Shown here: piece by piece, positions 18,898 to 28,904 of the stretch
Layout: every line of letters starts with the position of its first letter
Numbering within the stretch: position 1 is the stretch's first letter
Assembly (NCBI GenBank): GCA_963666735.1
Contig: OY762926.1
Span: 2,495,319 to 2,559,318, forward strand
Direction of reading: 5' to 3'
From: Gemmatimonadota bacterium
Lineage (GTDB): Bacteria; Gemmatimonadota; Gemmatimonadetes; Palauibacterales; Palauibacteraceae
Length of the DNA: 64,000 nt
Translations under genes and position numbers: made by a program
Notes under the pieces: generated by a model
Told to the model about the DNA's origin: nothing
Seen by the model: the letters and a program-made list of their open reading frames with translations, nothing else
Database searches by the model: none

Positions 18898-19671
18898 TTG
18901 CGCGAAGTTCACCGCGTTCACGTACTCAAGTTCGGTTCATCCGTGCTGGCGCGTCCGGCCGCATACCGGTCGGTGGCCGAGGAGATCCGGACCGAAGTCG
19001 CCGGGGGCGCGAAAGTCGTCGCGGTCGTGTCGGCGATGGGTGACACCACCGACGACCTGCTCGCCGCGGCGCGCGAACTCGCTCCGTCACTCCCCGACCA
19101 TCTCATGGGATCTCTCCTGGCGACGGGCGAAGAGGCGTCCGTCGCGCTTCTCCGTCTCGCGCTCGCGACGGCGCGCGTCCGTGCCCTCGACATGTCGTTC
19201 TGGCGCCTGCCGCTCCGCACCCGGGGCCCGCTCGGCGCCGCCGATCCCGTCGACGTGGACGTCCACCGGATCGAAACGGCCCTCGCGGCCCACGATGCGG
19301 TCGTTCTTCCCGGGTTCGTGGGCGTCGACGCGACGGGCGTCACGTCGCTGCTCGGCAGGGGGGGATCGGACCTCACGGCGATCTTCCTCGGGCATGCCCT
19401 GGGCGCCGCCGCGATCCGTCTCGTGAAGGATGTGGACGGCATCTTTCCGGCCGACCCGAAACGGTTCCCGGACATCGCGCCGCTGCGCAGGGCGACATGG
19501 AGCGAGGCGCGGCGGACGGCCGGCGGCGTCGTTCAGGATCGGGCCCTGCGTTTCGCCCAGCGCCACCGCATCCCGTTTCGCGTGGCGGCGCCCGGCGGCA
19601 CGGGCACGTGGGTCGGCCGGCACGATTCGACGAACACCGAATTCCGTCTCGCGGGCTGCGCGCGCGGCTGA
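18898..19671 (+). CDS. Amino-acid kinase family protein, aspartokinase-like but short (no ACT domains); start reassigned to TTG 18898 with GGGAGG SD
   Basis: VLKFGSSVLARP...VVAVVSAMGDTTDDLL N-terminal AAK motifs; track start 18793 lies inside riboswitch P1. Confidence 0.55.
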   Translation: MREVHRVHVLKFGSSVLARPAAYRSVAEEIRTEVAGGAKVVAVVSAMGDTTDDLLAAARELAPSLPDHLMGSLLATGEEASVALLRLALATARVRALDMSFWRLPLRTRGPLGAADPVDVDVHRIETALAAHDAVVLPGFVGVDATGVTSLLGRGGSDLTAIFLGHALGAAAIRLVKDVDGIFPADPKRFPDIAPLRRATWSEARRTAGGVVQDRALRFAQRHRIPFRVAAPGGTGTWVGRHDSTNTEFRLAGCARG

Positions 19672-19788
19672 TGAACACGAGTACCGGTCCGCGTTCCACG
19701 GCCGTTCCGCAGCGATGAGACGGTCGGCCGGAGGCGCGGACATTCACCGCCCGAGAGATCGGGCACCACCGGAGAGAAGACGGAGATC

Positions 19789-21084
19789 ATGAGAGACGAA
19801 ACTGTAGCGATCCACCTCGGATACGATTCCGAGCCCACGACGCACGCCGTCGCGGTGCCGCTGTACCAGACCGTGGCGTACGAGTTCGACGACGCGCAGC
19901 ACGGCGCGGACCTCTTCAACCTCGAGGTCGAGGGCAACATCTACTCCCGCATCATGAACCCCACGCAGGCCGTGCTGGAGGAGCGGCTTGCCCAGCTCGA
20001 ACGCGGCCTGGCGACGCTTGCGCTCTCCTCGGGCAGCGCGGCCGTCAACTATTCGATCCTCAACCTCGCCGCCTCCGGGGACAACATCGTCTCGGTGCCC
20101 CAGTTGTACGGCGGCACGTACACGCTCTTCGCCCACATGCTGCCGCAGCTGGGCATCGAAGTGCGCTTCGCCGACGGCGACGGCGCGGACGATCTGGCTA
20201 AGCTGATCGATGACCGGACGAAGGCCGTGTTCGTCGAAAGCATCGGGAACCCGGCGGGTAATATCGTGGACCTCGCGGCGGTGGCCGACGCGGCGCACGC
20301 CCACGGCGTCGCCACCATCGTGGACAACACGGTCGCCAGCCCGGCGCTCCTCAAGCCGATCGAACACGGGTTCGACATCGTGGTGCACTCGCTGACGAAG
20401 TACATCGGCGGGCACGGCAACTCGCTCGGCGGCGCGATCGTCGATTCCGGGAAATTCCCGTGGACGGAGCACGCGAGCCGCTACCCGCAGTTCACGACGC
20501 CGGAACCCAGCTACCACGGAGTCGTCTACACGGAGGCGCTGGGGCCGGCCGCGTACATCGGGCGGGCGCGCACGGTGCCGCTGCGCAACACGGGGTCGGC
20601 GATCTCGCCCTTCAACGCGTTCCAGATCATCCAGGGGATCCAGACGCTGAACCTCCGCGTCGAGCGCCACTCCGAGAACGCGCTCGCGGTGGCGAAGCAC
20701 CTGAAGGACCACCCGGCCGTGGAGTGGGTGAGCTACGCCGGACTGCCGGGCGATCCGTACCACGACCTGGCCCTCAAGTACCTGGGCGGCCGGGCCTCGG
20801 GGATCCTGACGTTCGGGGTGAAGGGCGGCTTCGAGGCGGGCGTGAAGTTCTACGACGCGCTCGAGCTGTTCAAGCGGCTCGTGAACATCGGGGATGCCAA
20901 GTCGCTGGCGTGCCATCCGGCGTCCACGACGCACCGGCAGCTCACCGAGGAAGAGCAGCTCAGCGTCGGCGTGCGTCCGGAGACCATCCGGCTCTCCGTA
21001 GGCATCGAGCACATCGATGACATCATCGAGGACCTCGACCGCGCGCTGGACGGGGCGTCGTCCGCCCGGCCGGCCGCGGCGTAA
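19789..21084 (+). CDS. metY: O-acetylhomoserine sulfhydrylase / aminocarboxypropyltransferase
   Basis: 431 aa, HSLTKYIGGHGNSLGGAIVDSGKFPW, strong full-length match. Confidence 0.9.
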   Translation: MRDETVAIHLGYDSEPTTHAVAVPLYQTVAYEFDDAQHGADLFNLEVEGNIYSRIMNPTQAVLEERLAQLERGLATLALSSGSAAVNYSILNLAASGDNIVSVPQLYGGTYTLFAHMLPQLGIEVRFADGDGADDLAKLIDDRTKAVFVESIGNPAGNIVDLAAVADAAHAHGVATIVDNTVASPALLKPIEHGFDIVVHSLTKYIGGHGNSLGGAIVDSGKFPWTEHASRYPQFTTPEPSYHGVVYTEALGPAAYIGRARTVPLRNTGSAISPFNAFQIIQGIQTLNLRVERHSENALAVAKHLKDHPAVEWVSYAGLPGDPYHDLALKYLGGRASGILTFGVKGGFEAGVKFYDALELFKRLVNIGDAKSLACHPASTTHRQLTEEEQLSVGVRPETIRLSVGIEHIDDIIEDLDRALDGASSARPAAA

Positions 21085-21106
21085 CCGGCCCGCCCGGACG
21101 CCCGCC

Positions 21107-21139
21107 ACCGGCCCTCCGCGGATCCACCTTTCCGCGGAG
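21107..21139 (+). terminator. Perfect 10-bp hairpin CCCTCCGCGG-atccaccttt-CCGCGGAGGG after metY
   Basis: Inverted repeat seen directly; no U-tract so rho-independence uncertain. Confidence 0.3.
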
Positions 21140-21199
21140 GGCTGAGCGGCAGGTCAATCCGGACGGCTGGCCGGCGGGTCAATCCGGCGGCAGCCGCCG

Positions 21200-22999
21200 T
21201 TGACGGTCGGCCGGGACGCCGGCTACGGTGGCGCTCGCCCGGCTCGGTTGCGGCCACCTCATACGGCGACCTCATCGCGGGAGCGTCTCCAGACCTTGAG
21301 CGCCCTGGATTGGCTGATCGTCCTCGGACTGAACGGTGCGATCATCGCCTACGGGCTGCGCCGCGCACGCGGCACCTCCACGAGCGGCGAGTGGTTCCTG
21401 AGTTCGCGCGCGCTGCCGTGGTGGGCCGTCGGCCTGTCCCTCTTCGCGACCAACATGGACAACTCGGAGTTCGTGTCGGCCACGGGGACGATCGCGAGCG
21501 AGGGCCTGCATTTCCTCTCCGCGCACACGTTCGGCGGACTCATCGGGGTCACGATCGCGACCTTCGTGATCGTCCCCGCCATGTATCGCGCGGGGCTGTA
21601 CACCAACTCCGAGTACCTCGAGCACCGCTTCGGTCCCGGGACCCGCGTGCTCGGCGCACTGATCCAGATCCAGTACCGGACCTCCGTGCTGGGACTCATG
21701 ATCTGGGCCGTCCACCTGACCCTGGTCGGGGTCGGCGGGCTGAGACCGGGACTGTCCTGGGCGCTGATCGTGTCGCTCGTCGTCCTGTCGGGCGTCTACA
21801 CGGCCGTTGGCGGGTTGCGGGCGGTCGTGGCGACGGACGTGCTGCAGAGCGTGCTCGTGATGGCGGGAGGTCTCGCGGTGTGCGTCGCCGTCTGGCAGGC
21901 CGCGGGCGGGTGGGACGCGATGGTCGCCCAACTGGAGGGCCTGGGGACGACGGCCGAGGGACTGGCGCCGGGACTCGCCGCCGCGGACCTGGCCCATGTG
22001 GGCGCCTTCCGGGGACGGGACGGGACCACGTCGCCGGCCGTGATCTTCATCGCGTGGATTCTCATCTCCTCCGGCTGGTGGACCGTGAGCCACACGTCCA
22101 CTCAGCGGATGATGGGGGCCCGCTCGCTGTGGGACATGAAGATGGCCGGGGTGCTCGGCGCGGGCGCGAGCCTCGTCATCCTGCTCTTCACGGACATGCT
22201 CGGACTCTTCGGGCGCGCACAGTTCCCGGATTTCGCCCGGCCCGACGAAATGTACCCGCACCTGATCTCCACCTATCTCGGGACCGGCGCCAAGGGGCTG
22301 GTCGTGGCCGGGGTCGTGAGCGCTGCGGTGAGCACCTTCGACTCGATGGGGTCGTCGATGTCGGCCGTCTTCACGCGCGACATCTACGCGCGCTTCATCT
22401 CGCGGGACCGCGACGACGCCCACTACCTCCGCGCGGGACGCATCGCGACCATCGCGATCCTGGTGCTGGGGTTCGCCTACCTGCCGCTGATCCTGCGGGC
22501 GCCGACGATGCTCGCCGCCTTCCGCTCGGTCACATCGGTGTTCGTCACGCCGCTCCTCATCGTCTACCTGGTCGGCGCCGTGACGCGTACGAACCGGCGA
22601 GTGGGAATCGCCGGCCTGGCGACGGGCGGACTGTACGGGGTCGTCGGTTTCGTGGACCGCGAGGTGGTCGACGTCTCCTGGCTGCCCTCCTGGCTGACCG
22701 GACAGTGGGAGGCGTTCGTGTGGGCGGTCGCGTTCACGGCAGCGGGCTGCGCCTTTGCGGCGCTACACCCGCGCTGGCGCAGGTCGGCCGGCGTGCTGGC
22801 GAGCGGCGGCGAAGCGGCGCCCCCCGGTGATGCGCCGCCTCCCGGCGCCGGCGACTGGCTGGCGAAGAGTTCCGGCGAACTCGGCCCGATCCGGCTCCAC
22901 CCCTTCAGAGAGCGCGTGCCGTTGCTGGCCAGCCCCGCGCTCTACACGGGAATCCTCCTGGCGATTTCAGCGTGGCTCGTCTTCGGCGTCTTCTGGTGA
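21200..22999 (+). CDS. Sodium:solute symporter family transporter; possible TTG start at 21296
   Basis: Multiple TM helices, SSF motifs (GEWFLSSRALPWWAVGLSLFATNM...). Confidence 0.7.
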   Translation: MTVGRDAGYGGARPARLRPPHTATSSRERLQTLSALDWLIVLGLNGAIIAYGLRRARGTSTSGEWFLSSRALPWWAVGLSLFATNMDNSEFVSATGTIASEGLHFLSAHTFGGLIGVTIATFVIVPAMYRAGLYTNSEYLEHRFGPGTRVLGALIQIQYRTSVLGLMIWAVHLTLVGVGGLRPGLSWALIVSLVVLSGVYTAVGGLRAVVATDVLQSVLVMAGGLAVCVAVWQAAGGWDAMVAQLEGLGTTAEGLAPGLAAADLAHVGAFRGRDGTTSPAVIFIAWILISSGWWTVSHTSTQRMMGARSLWDMKMAGVLGAGASLVILLFTDMLGLFGRAQFPDFARPDEMYPHLISTYLGTGAKGLVVAGVVSAAVSTFDSMGSSMSAVFTRDIYARFISRDRDDAHYLRAGRIATIAILVLGFAYLPLILRAPTMLAAFRSVTSVFVTPLLIVYLVGAVTRTNRRVGIAGLATGGLYGVVGFVDREVVDVSWLPSWLTGQWEAFVWAVAFTAAGCAFAALHPRWRRSAGVLASGGEAAPPGDAPPPGAGDWLAKSSGELGPIRLHPFRERVPLLASPALYTGILLAISAWLVFGVFW

Positions 23000-23131
23000 C
23001 CGCAGTCGTGGCGCGAGGGGTGACACTGGCGCGCCGCCCACCCGGACCACAGCCTTGGGCGACGCCGAAGTGAAGTCGGCGGCAGTCCGTGGCAGATCCG
23101 GCGCAATTCGGACCCGCACGCTGGGAGACCC

Positions 23132-23425
23132 ATGAATCAACGCGCAGCAGACCGCGACCACCTGGCGTACTGGCGCCGCAACCTCCGTTACCTGGGGGGC
23201 CTCCTCGCGATCTGGGCTCTGGTGTCCTTCGGCGCGGGCATCCTGTTCGCCGGCGCGCTCGACACGGTCAGGATCCCGGGCACGGGCTTCCCCCTCGGGT
23301 TCTGGTTCGCGCAGCAGGGCTCCATCTACGTCTTCGTCGTCCTCATCTTCGTCTACGTCTTCCTCATGAACCGGCTCGACCGGGAGTTCGACGTGGACGA
23401 GCGTGACGAGGAGGGCACGGCATGA
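23132..23425 (+). CDS. DUF4212 small membrane protein (putative solute:sodium symporter small subunit)
   Basis: 97 aa, two TM helices, ATGA-coupled to following SSF transporter as typical. Confidence 0.7.
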   Translation: MNQRAADRDHLAYWRRNLRYLGGLLAIWALVSFGAGILFAGALDTVRIPGTGFPLGFWFAQQGSIYVFVVLIFVYVFLMNRLDREFDVDERDEEGTA

Positions 23426-25143
23426 CGGTTCTCCAGTGGACGGCGACGCTCGTCGGGATTTCGTTCGCGCTCTACATCGGGATCGCGATCTGGTCGCGGG
23501 CCCATTCCACGAGCGAGTTCTACGTGGCCGGCAAGGGGGTCCATCCCCTGGCCAACGGGATGGCGACGGCGGCGGACTGGATGTCGGCCGCCTCCTTCAT
23601 CTCCATGGCCGGGATCATCTCCTTCCTGGGATACGACGGGTCGGTCTACCTGATGGGCTGGACCGGCGGATACGTGCTCCTGGCGCTGCTGCTCGCCCCG
23701 TATCTGCGGAAGTTCGGAGCCTTCACCGTCCCGGACTTCGTCGGCGACCGCTACTACTCGCAGACGGCCCGGGTCGTGGCCGTCATCTGCGCGATCTTCG
23801 TCTCCTTCACCTACGTGGCGGGCCAGATGCGCGGCGTGGGGATCGTGTTCAGCCGCTTCCTCGAGATCGATGTGATGTGGGGCGTGATCATCGGGATGGG
23901 GATCGTGTTCTTCTACGCGGTGCTCGGGGGGATGAAGGGGATCACCTACACGCAGGTCGCGCAGTACTGCGTGCTGATTTTCGCCTACACGGTGCCGGCG
24001 ATCTTCCTGTCGATGATGATCACGGGGATTCCGATTCCCCAGATCGGGTTCGGGGCGGCGGAGCAGGAGACCGGGACGTTCCTGCTCGACCGCCTGAACG
24101 GCCTGCACGAGGAACTGGGCTTCGCCGCCTACACGGCCGGGACGAAATCGACGCTCGACGTGCTGGCGATCACGGCCGCGCTCATGGTGGGGACGGCGGG
24201 GCTCCCGCACGTGATCATCCGCTTCTACACGGTGCCGCGGGTGCGCGACGCGCGGATCAGCGTGGGCTGGGCGCTCGTGTTCATCGCGCTCCTGTACACG
24301 GCGGCGCCGGCGGTGGCGGTGTTCGCGAGGACGAACCTGCTCAATACGGTGACGGACCAGCCGTACGCGGAGATGCCGGAGTGGTTCACGAAGTGGGAGG
24401 CGACGGGGTTGATCTCGTACGAGGACCACAACGCGGATGGGTTGATCCAGTACGTGGGGGCGGACGCGGTGGACGCCGCGGGCGCGCCCGTGCAGAACGA
24501 ACTCACGATTAACCGGGACATCATGGTGCTGGCGAACCCGGAGATCGCGCGCCTGCCGAACTGGGTGGTGGGACTGGTGGCGGCGGGCGGGCTGGCGGCG
24601 GCGCTCTCGACGGCGGCCGGACTCCTGCTCGTGCTCTCGGCGGCGATCAGCCACGACCTGCTCAAGCGCAACTGGCGACCGGACATCAGCGAGCGGGGCG
24701 AACTCATCGCAGCGCGGTTCAGCGCCGTGTTTGCCGTCCTCGCGGCGGGCTACCTGGGGATCAACCCGCCCGGCTTCGTGGCGGAGGTGGTCGCGTTCGC
24801 GTTCGGGCTCGCGGCGGCTTCGTTCTTCCCCGTCATCATCCTCGGCATCTTCTCGAAACGGCTCAACCGGGAGGGGGCGATCGCCGGCATGCTGTGCGGG
24901 ATCACGTTCACCGCCGCCTACATCGTCTACTTCAAGTTCGTGAACCCGGGCGCCAACGTGGCGGAGAACTGGTGGTTCGGGATCTCGCCGGAGGGGATCG
25001 GCGCGGTCGGCATGACGGTGAACTTCGTCGTCGCGACCGTCGTGTCGCGCTTCACGCCGCCGCCGCCGCCGGAGGCGCAGAGGCTGGTCGAGCGGATCCG
25101 GCTGCCGCGGGGGGCGGGCGAGGCGCACGAGATCAGCGGCTGA
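23422..25143 (+). CDS. Sodium:solute symporter, VC_2705/ActP-like subfamily
   Basis: 573 aa, strong SSF conservation (GKGVHPLANGMATAADWMSAASFISMAG...). Confidence 0.85.
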   Translation: MTVLQWTATLVGISFALYIGIAIWSRAHSTSEFYVAGKGVHPLANGMATAADWMSAASFISMAGIISFLGYDGSVYLMGWTGGYVLLALLLAPYLRKFGAFTVPDFVGDRYYSQTARVVAVICAIFVSFTYVAGQMRGVGIVFSRFLEIDVMWGVIIGMGIVFFYAVLGGMKGITYTQVAQYCVLIFAYTVPAIFLSMMITGIPIPQIGFGAAEQETGTFLLDRLNGLHEELGFAAYTAGTKSTLDVLAITAALMVGTAGLPHVIIRFYTVPRVRDARISVGWALVFIALLYTAAPAVAVFARTNLLNTVTDQPYAEMPEWFTKWEATGLISYEDHNADGLIQYVGADAVDAAGAPVQNELTINRDIMVLANPEIARLPNWVVGLVAAGGLAAALSTAAGLLLVLSAAISHDLLKRNWRPDISERGELIAARFSAVFAVLAAGYLGINPPGFVAEVVAFAFGLAAASFFPVIILGIFSKRLNREGAIAGMLCGITFTAAYIVYFKFVNPGANVAENWWFGISPEGIGAVGMTVNFVVATVVSRFTPPPPPEAQRLVERIRLPRGAGEAHEISG

Positions 25144-25147
25144 CGCG

Positions 25148-26008
25148 ATGCCGGGACGGGACGAGAGTCCGGGATTCGGGGGCCGCCTGCGGTCGCTGCC
25201 GACCCGGCACCGGACGTTCATCGAGCGCGCGTTGGCTGCGGTCCCCGGGGTCGACGGCGTCGTCGGTCTGGCGGCGGGCGGTTCGTTCATCGCGGCCGAG
25301 ATCGACGAGTTCTCGGACCTCGACCTCGTGCTGGCGGTGGAGCCGGAGGCCTGGCCCGAAATCCTCGACCGTCGGCAGGCGATCGCCGCCGAACTCGGTC
25401 CCTCGTTTCTCGCCGGCTTCACGGGGGAGCACGTCGGAGAGCCGCGCCTGCTCGTGTGCCTCTACGGCCCTCCGCTCCTGCACGTGGACCTCAAGTTCGT
25501 GTCGCTCGACGACGTGCACGAACGAGTCGAGGATCCGGTCATTCTGTGGGAACGCGACGGCCGGCTGAGCGCCGCTTTCGCCCGCGCGGAAGCCCGCTAC
25601 CCGGCCGCCGACCCGGCCTGGATCGAGGCGCGCTTCTGGATCTGGGCCCACTACATCGCGGACAAGATCGAGCGGGGAGAGATCTTCGAGGCGCTGGACG
25701 GACTGACGTTGCTGCGGGCGGCGGCGCTGGCGCCGCTGGCGTTCCTGCGGGCGGGCGCACACGCCACCGGGGTGCGGCGGGTCGAGGATCGGCTCCCCGC
25801 CTTCGCGACCGATCTACAGCGAACGGTTGGAGGTGTCGGCGCCGCCGCGTGTGCGGGCGCGCTCGAGGCCGCAGTCGAACTCTACACCGAGTTGCGGGCG
25901 GCCGACGACCAGGGGAGCGACGGCGCAATGAGCGACGTGGAGCGCGAGGTCCGCAACTATGTAGCGGGCCTGCGCGACCGGCTGCAGTTACGCGATCGAG
26001 ATGCGTAA
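25148..26008 (+). CDS. Nucleotidyltransferase-domain protein
   Basis: GGSFIAAEIDEFSDLDLVL NTase G[SG]...D.D motif. Confidence 0.5.
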   Translation: MPGRDESPGFGGRLRSLPTRHRTFIERALAAVPGVDGVVGLAAGGSFIAAEIDEFSDLDLVLAVEPEAWPEILDRRQAIAAELGPSFLAGFTGEHVGEPRLLVCLYGPPLLHVDLKFVSLDDVHERVEDPVILWERDGRLSAAFARAEARYPAADPAWIEARFWIWAHYIADKIERGEIFEALDGLTLLRAAALAPLAFLRAGAHATGVRRVEDRLPAFATDLQRTVGGVGAAACAGALEAAVELYTELRAADDQGSDGAMSDVEREVRNYVAGLRDRLQLRDRDA

Positions 26009-26034
26009 GGCGTCCGGTTCGTCTGGATCGAGCA

Positions 26035-26325
26035 TCAAGTGGGGGTCGGTATCCGCTCGACGTGGATACCGCCGGCCCTCCTCATCGCCTGGGCAAGGTC
26101 ATACGCCGACTGAAGGCGATACCAGGTCTCGGCTCCGCCTCCAAACGCCTTGTCCAAGCGGATCGCCATTTCGGGAGAGATGCCGGAACGGCCGTTGACG
26201 AGTGCGGAAAGCTGCTTTCGGCTGACACCCAGCCTCCGCGCCGCCTCCGTCACGGTGAGCCCCAGCGGCTCCAGACAATCGTGGCGCACGGAAAGGCCCG
26301 GATGCGGCGGGTCCTTCATCGACAT
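26035..26325 (-). CDS. higA: HigA-family HTH antitoxin (apparently orphaned)
   Basis: [71 protein letters not shown]. Confidence 0.7.
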   Translation of the reverse strand: MSMKDPPHPGLSVRHDCLEPLGLTVTEAARRLGVSRKQLSALVNGRSGISPEMAIRLDKAFGGGAETWYRLQSAYDLAQAMRRAGGIHVERIPTPT

Positions 26326-26416
26326 GTCGCGAGCCTCCTAATTCCGGGGGGATCCGCCTCCGGTCTCCCCTCTCGAACGAACGTTTGAGGCCTCGGTGGC
26401 GAAAGCCATGAATCAT
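26326..26416 (-). pseudogene. HigB toxin N-terminal remnant (~30 codons) directly upstream of higA
   Basis: MIHGFRHRGLKRSFERGDRRRIPPE matches HigB N-terminus then frame runs into higA in another frame. Confidence 0.4.
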
Positions 26417-26552
26417 CGCATGAGAACTGTAACGTGTTACGGGACAGGTTTCACGTGCTTCATGGCCACCTGGCTCATCTCGTTGAGCGGCGACCGGCCC
26501 ACGTGGTATGATCGAAGGGAACCATCAACCTGCGATCAACAGGAGGCGGTCG

Positions 26553-27680
26553 GTGCGGAGCAGATGTGCGATGCGGAGCAGGCTTTCCGGGAGAGGTTAC
26601 GACAGGAGCGCCGTTCAGGCCGGGATCCTCGTGGCGGCGGGGATCTGTGCCGGGTGCGCTCCGGCGGACCCGGGGAGCGGCGGCGGGGCGGGCTCCGAGA
26701 TGGGCGGCCCGCCGCCGTCCGAAGCCGTCCACTTCGAGTTCACGGAGGTGGTGCCCGGCGTCTACCACGCGCGCGGCGCGAGCGATCTTGTCGTGGGGTC
26801 GAACGCCGGTGTGATCGTGAACGAAGCGGACGTGCTGCTCGTCGATTCCCACATCTCCCCCGCGGCGGCGAACGCGCTCGTCGAGAACCTGCGCTCGATC
26901 ACCGACAGGCCCGTGCGCTACGCCGCGAACACGCACTGGCACTTCGACCACGCGCACGGCAACCAGGTGTATCCGCCCGAGGTGGAGATCATCAGCCACG
27001 AGGCGACGCGGGCGGCGATCGCGGAGGGACGGTCGAACTCGGGCCGGTCGTACGAACTCTTCGTGGGGTCGATTCCCGGCCGGATCGCGCAGATGGAGGC
27101 GACGCTGGACACGCTGACCGACGAGGCCGCGCGCGCGGAACTCGAGGCCACGCTCGAAGGGCAGCGGACCTACTACGCGCAACTTCAGGAGGTCGTCCCG
27201 ACACCCCCCAACACGACGCTCTCGGAGCGGCTCACGCTCTACCGGGGCGGACGCGAGATCCAGTTCCACTTCTTCGGCCGCGCGCACACGGAAGGCGACG
27301 TCATCGTCTACCTGCCGAATGACCGCGTGATCATCACCGGGGACATGCTCACCGGCGGCCTTCCCTACATGGGCGACGGCTACGTGAACGAATGGATCGA
27401 GACGCTGGACCGGGTGAAGGCGCTCGACTTCGACTGGATCATCCCGGGCCACGGTGCGCCGTACCGCGAGCGCGAGCGGATCGACCACCTGCAGGCCTAC
27501 CTGCGGGACCTGTGGGACCAGTCCGTCGGGCTCCACGGCGAGGGCGTGAGCCCCGAGGACGCCGCGGGCCGCATCGATCTCACCGCGCACGCCGACAATT
27601 TCGACGGCATCAGCGGCCCCGGCGCCAATCCCGTCGCCGTGCTGCGGATCTTCGAGTTGCTCGACGGCACCACGAACTGA
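26553..27680 (+). CDS. MBL-fold metallo-hydrolase lipoprotein; start GTG 26553 with AGGAGG SD
   Basis: HWHFDHAHGN motif, signal/lipobox ...AAGICAGCA. Confidence 0.75.
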   Translation: MRSRCAMRSRLSGRGYDRSAVQAGILVAAGICAGCAPADPGSGGGAGSEMGGPPPSEAVHFEFTEVVPGVYHARGASDLVVGSNAGVIVNEADVLLVDSHISPAAANALVENLRSITDRPVRYAANTHWHFDHAHGNQVYPPEVEIISHEATRAAIAEGRSNSGRSYELFVGSIPGRIAQMEATLDTLTDEAARAELEATLEGQRTYYAQLQEVVPTPPNTTLSERLTLYRGGREIQFHFFGRAHTEGDVIVYLPNDRVIITGDMLTGGLPYMGDGYVNEWIETLDRVKALDFDWIIPGHGAPYRERERIDHLQAYLRDLWDQSVGLHGEGVSPEDAAGRIDLTAHADNFDGISGPGANPVAVLRIFELLDGTTN

Positions 27681-27691
27681 GAGGAGTCACG

Positions 27692-28831
27692 ATGTCCACC
27701 GATTCGAACCGGCGCGATTTTCTGAAGGTTACGGCTGCGGCGGGCGCCGCCCTCGGGTTCGGCGTCCCCGTCGGGGCGTGCTCGGGCCCCGCCGCCACGC
27801 CCCAGGCCTCGGGCAGCGGCGGCAGGCTGCTCATCCTGGGCGGGACCGGGTTCATCGGCCCCTACCAGGTGCGGTCGGCGGTCGCGCAGGGCCTGGAGGT
27901 GACGATCTTCAACCGCGGCAACCGCCCCGGGATGTTCGAGGGGGTGGAGGAACTCGTCGGGGACCGGAACGGGGACTTCGAGTCGCTGCGCGGCCGGACG
28001 TGGGACGTCGTCATCGACAACTCCACGGCCCGCCCCGACTGGGTGACGAGCATCGGGGAGTTTCTGCGCGACTCCGTCGAGTACTTCTACTACGTCTCGT
28101 CGCGCTCGGCGTACGCGAGCCACTCCACGGTGCCGATGACGGCCGAGGTCCCGTCGTACACCTACGAGACGGCCGGCGTGGATCGCGCGACCGCGGACAT
28201 CACGGATCTGCCCTACGGCCTCGCCAAGGCGGAGTCCGAGCGCGAGGCGATGCGGATCTTCCCCGACCGCTACGGGATCTTCCGCCCGGGCCTCATTATC
28301 GGACCCGACGACCCCACGGACCGGTTCACCTACTGGCCGGTGCGGATCCACCGAGGCGGCGAAGTACTCTCGCCCGGCGACGGGACCGACCCCGTGCAGA
28401 TCATCGACGTGCGCGACCTGGGCGACTTCATGGCGCTGTCCTCCGACATGGGACACACGGGCATCTTCAACCTCGTGGGCCCCGCGACGCCGCGGCCGAT
28501 GGCGGAACTCCTGTACGGGATCCGCGCCGTGACCGCCGCGGAGACGACGTTCACGTGGGTGCCGCGCGAGTTCCTGGCCGAGCGCGGCGTGCGCCCCTAC
28601 GCCGAGATGCCGGTGTGGCGGCCTCCGACGCCGGGATCGGAGGGGTTCGCGCGCTTCGACCTCTCCAACGAAGTGGCGCACGGGCTCACGTTCCGCTCGC
28701 TGGCCGACACGACGCAGGCGACGCTGGACTTCCACTTCTCCCGTACGCCCGAGCGGCAAGCGGAGATGCGGCCGGGACTCTCCGCGGAGCGGGAGGCGGA
28801 GATCCTGGGGGAGTGGCACGCAGCGCGGTGA
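27692..28831 (+). CDS. NAD-dependent epimerase/dehydratase (SDR) with Tat signal
   Basis: RRDFLKVTAAAGA twin-arginine; LILGGTGFIGP Rossmann motif; GAGGAG SD. Confidence 0.65.
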   Translation: MSTDSNRRDFLKVTAAAGAALGFGVPVGACSGPAATPQASGSGGRLLILGGTGFIGPYQVRSAVAQGLEVTIFNRGNRPGMFEGVEELVGDRNGDFESLRGRTWDVVIDNSTARPDWVTSIGEFLRDSVEYFYYVSSRSAYASHSTVPMTAEVPSYTYETAGVDRATADITDLPYGLAKAESEREAMRIFPDRYGIFRPGLIIGPDDPTDRFTYWPVRIHRGGEVLSPGDGTDPVQIIDVRDLGDFMALSSDMGHTGIFNLVGPATPRPMAELLYGIRAVTAAETTFTWVPREFLAERGVRPYAEMPVWRPPTPGSEGFARFDLSNEVAHGLTFRSLADTTQATLDFHFSRTPERQAEMRPGLSAEREAEILGEWHAAR

Positions 28832-28904
28832 CGGCCGGGTCGGCCGGGGCCGCCCTTGCTGGCCGTCGTGAAGGCGGCAACTGTGGTCAGCGAACCCATG
28901 CGGG

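Noticed and set aside
19744-21108. 454-aa minus-strand ORF
   Set aside because: Antisense to metY
26099-26416. 105-aa ORF as intact HigB
   Set aside because: Only the first ~30 aa resemble HigB; remainder overlaps higA in another frame and is non-homologous
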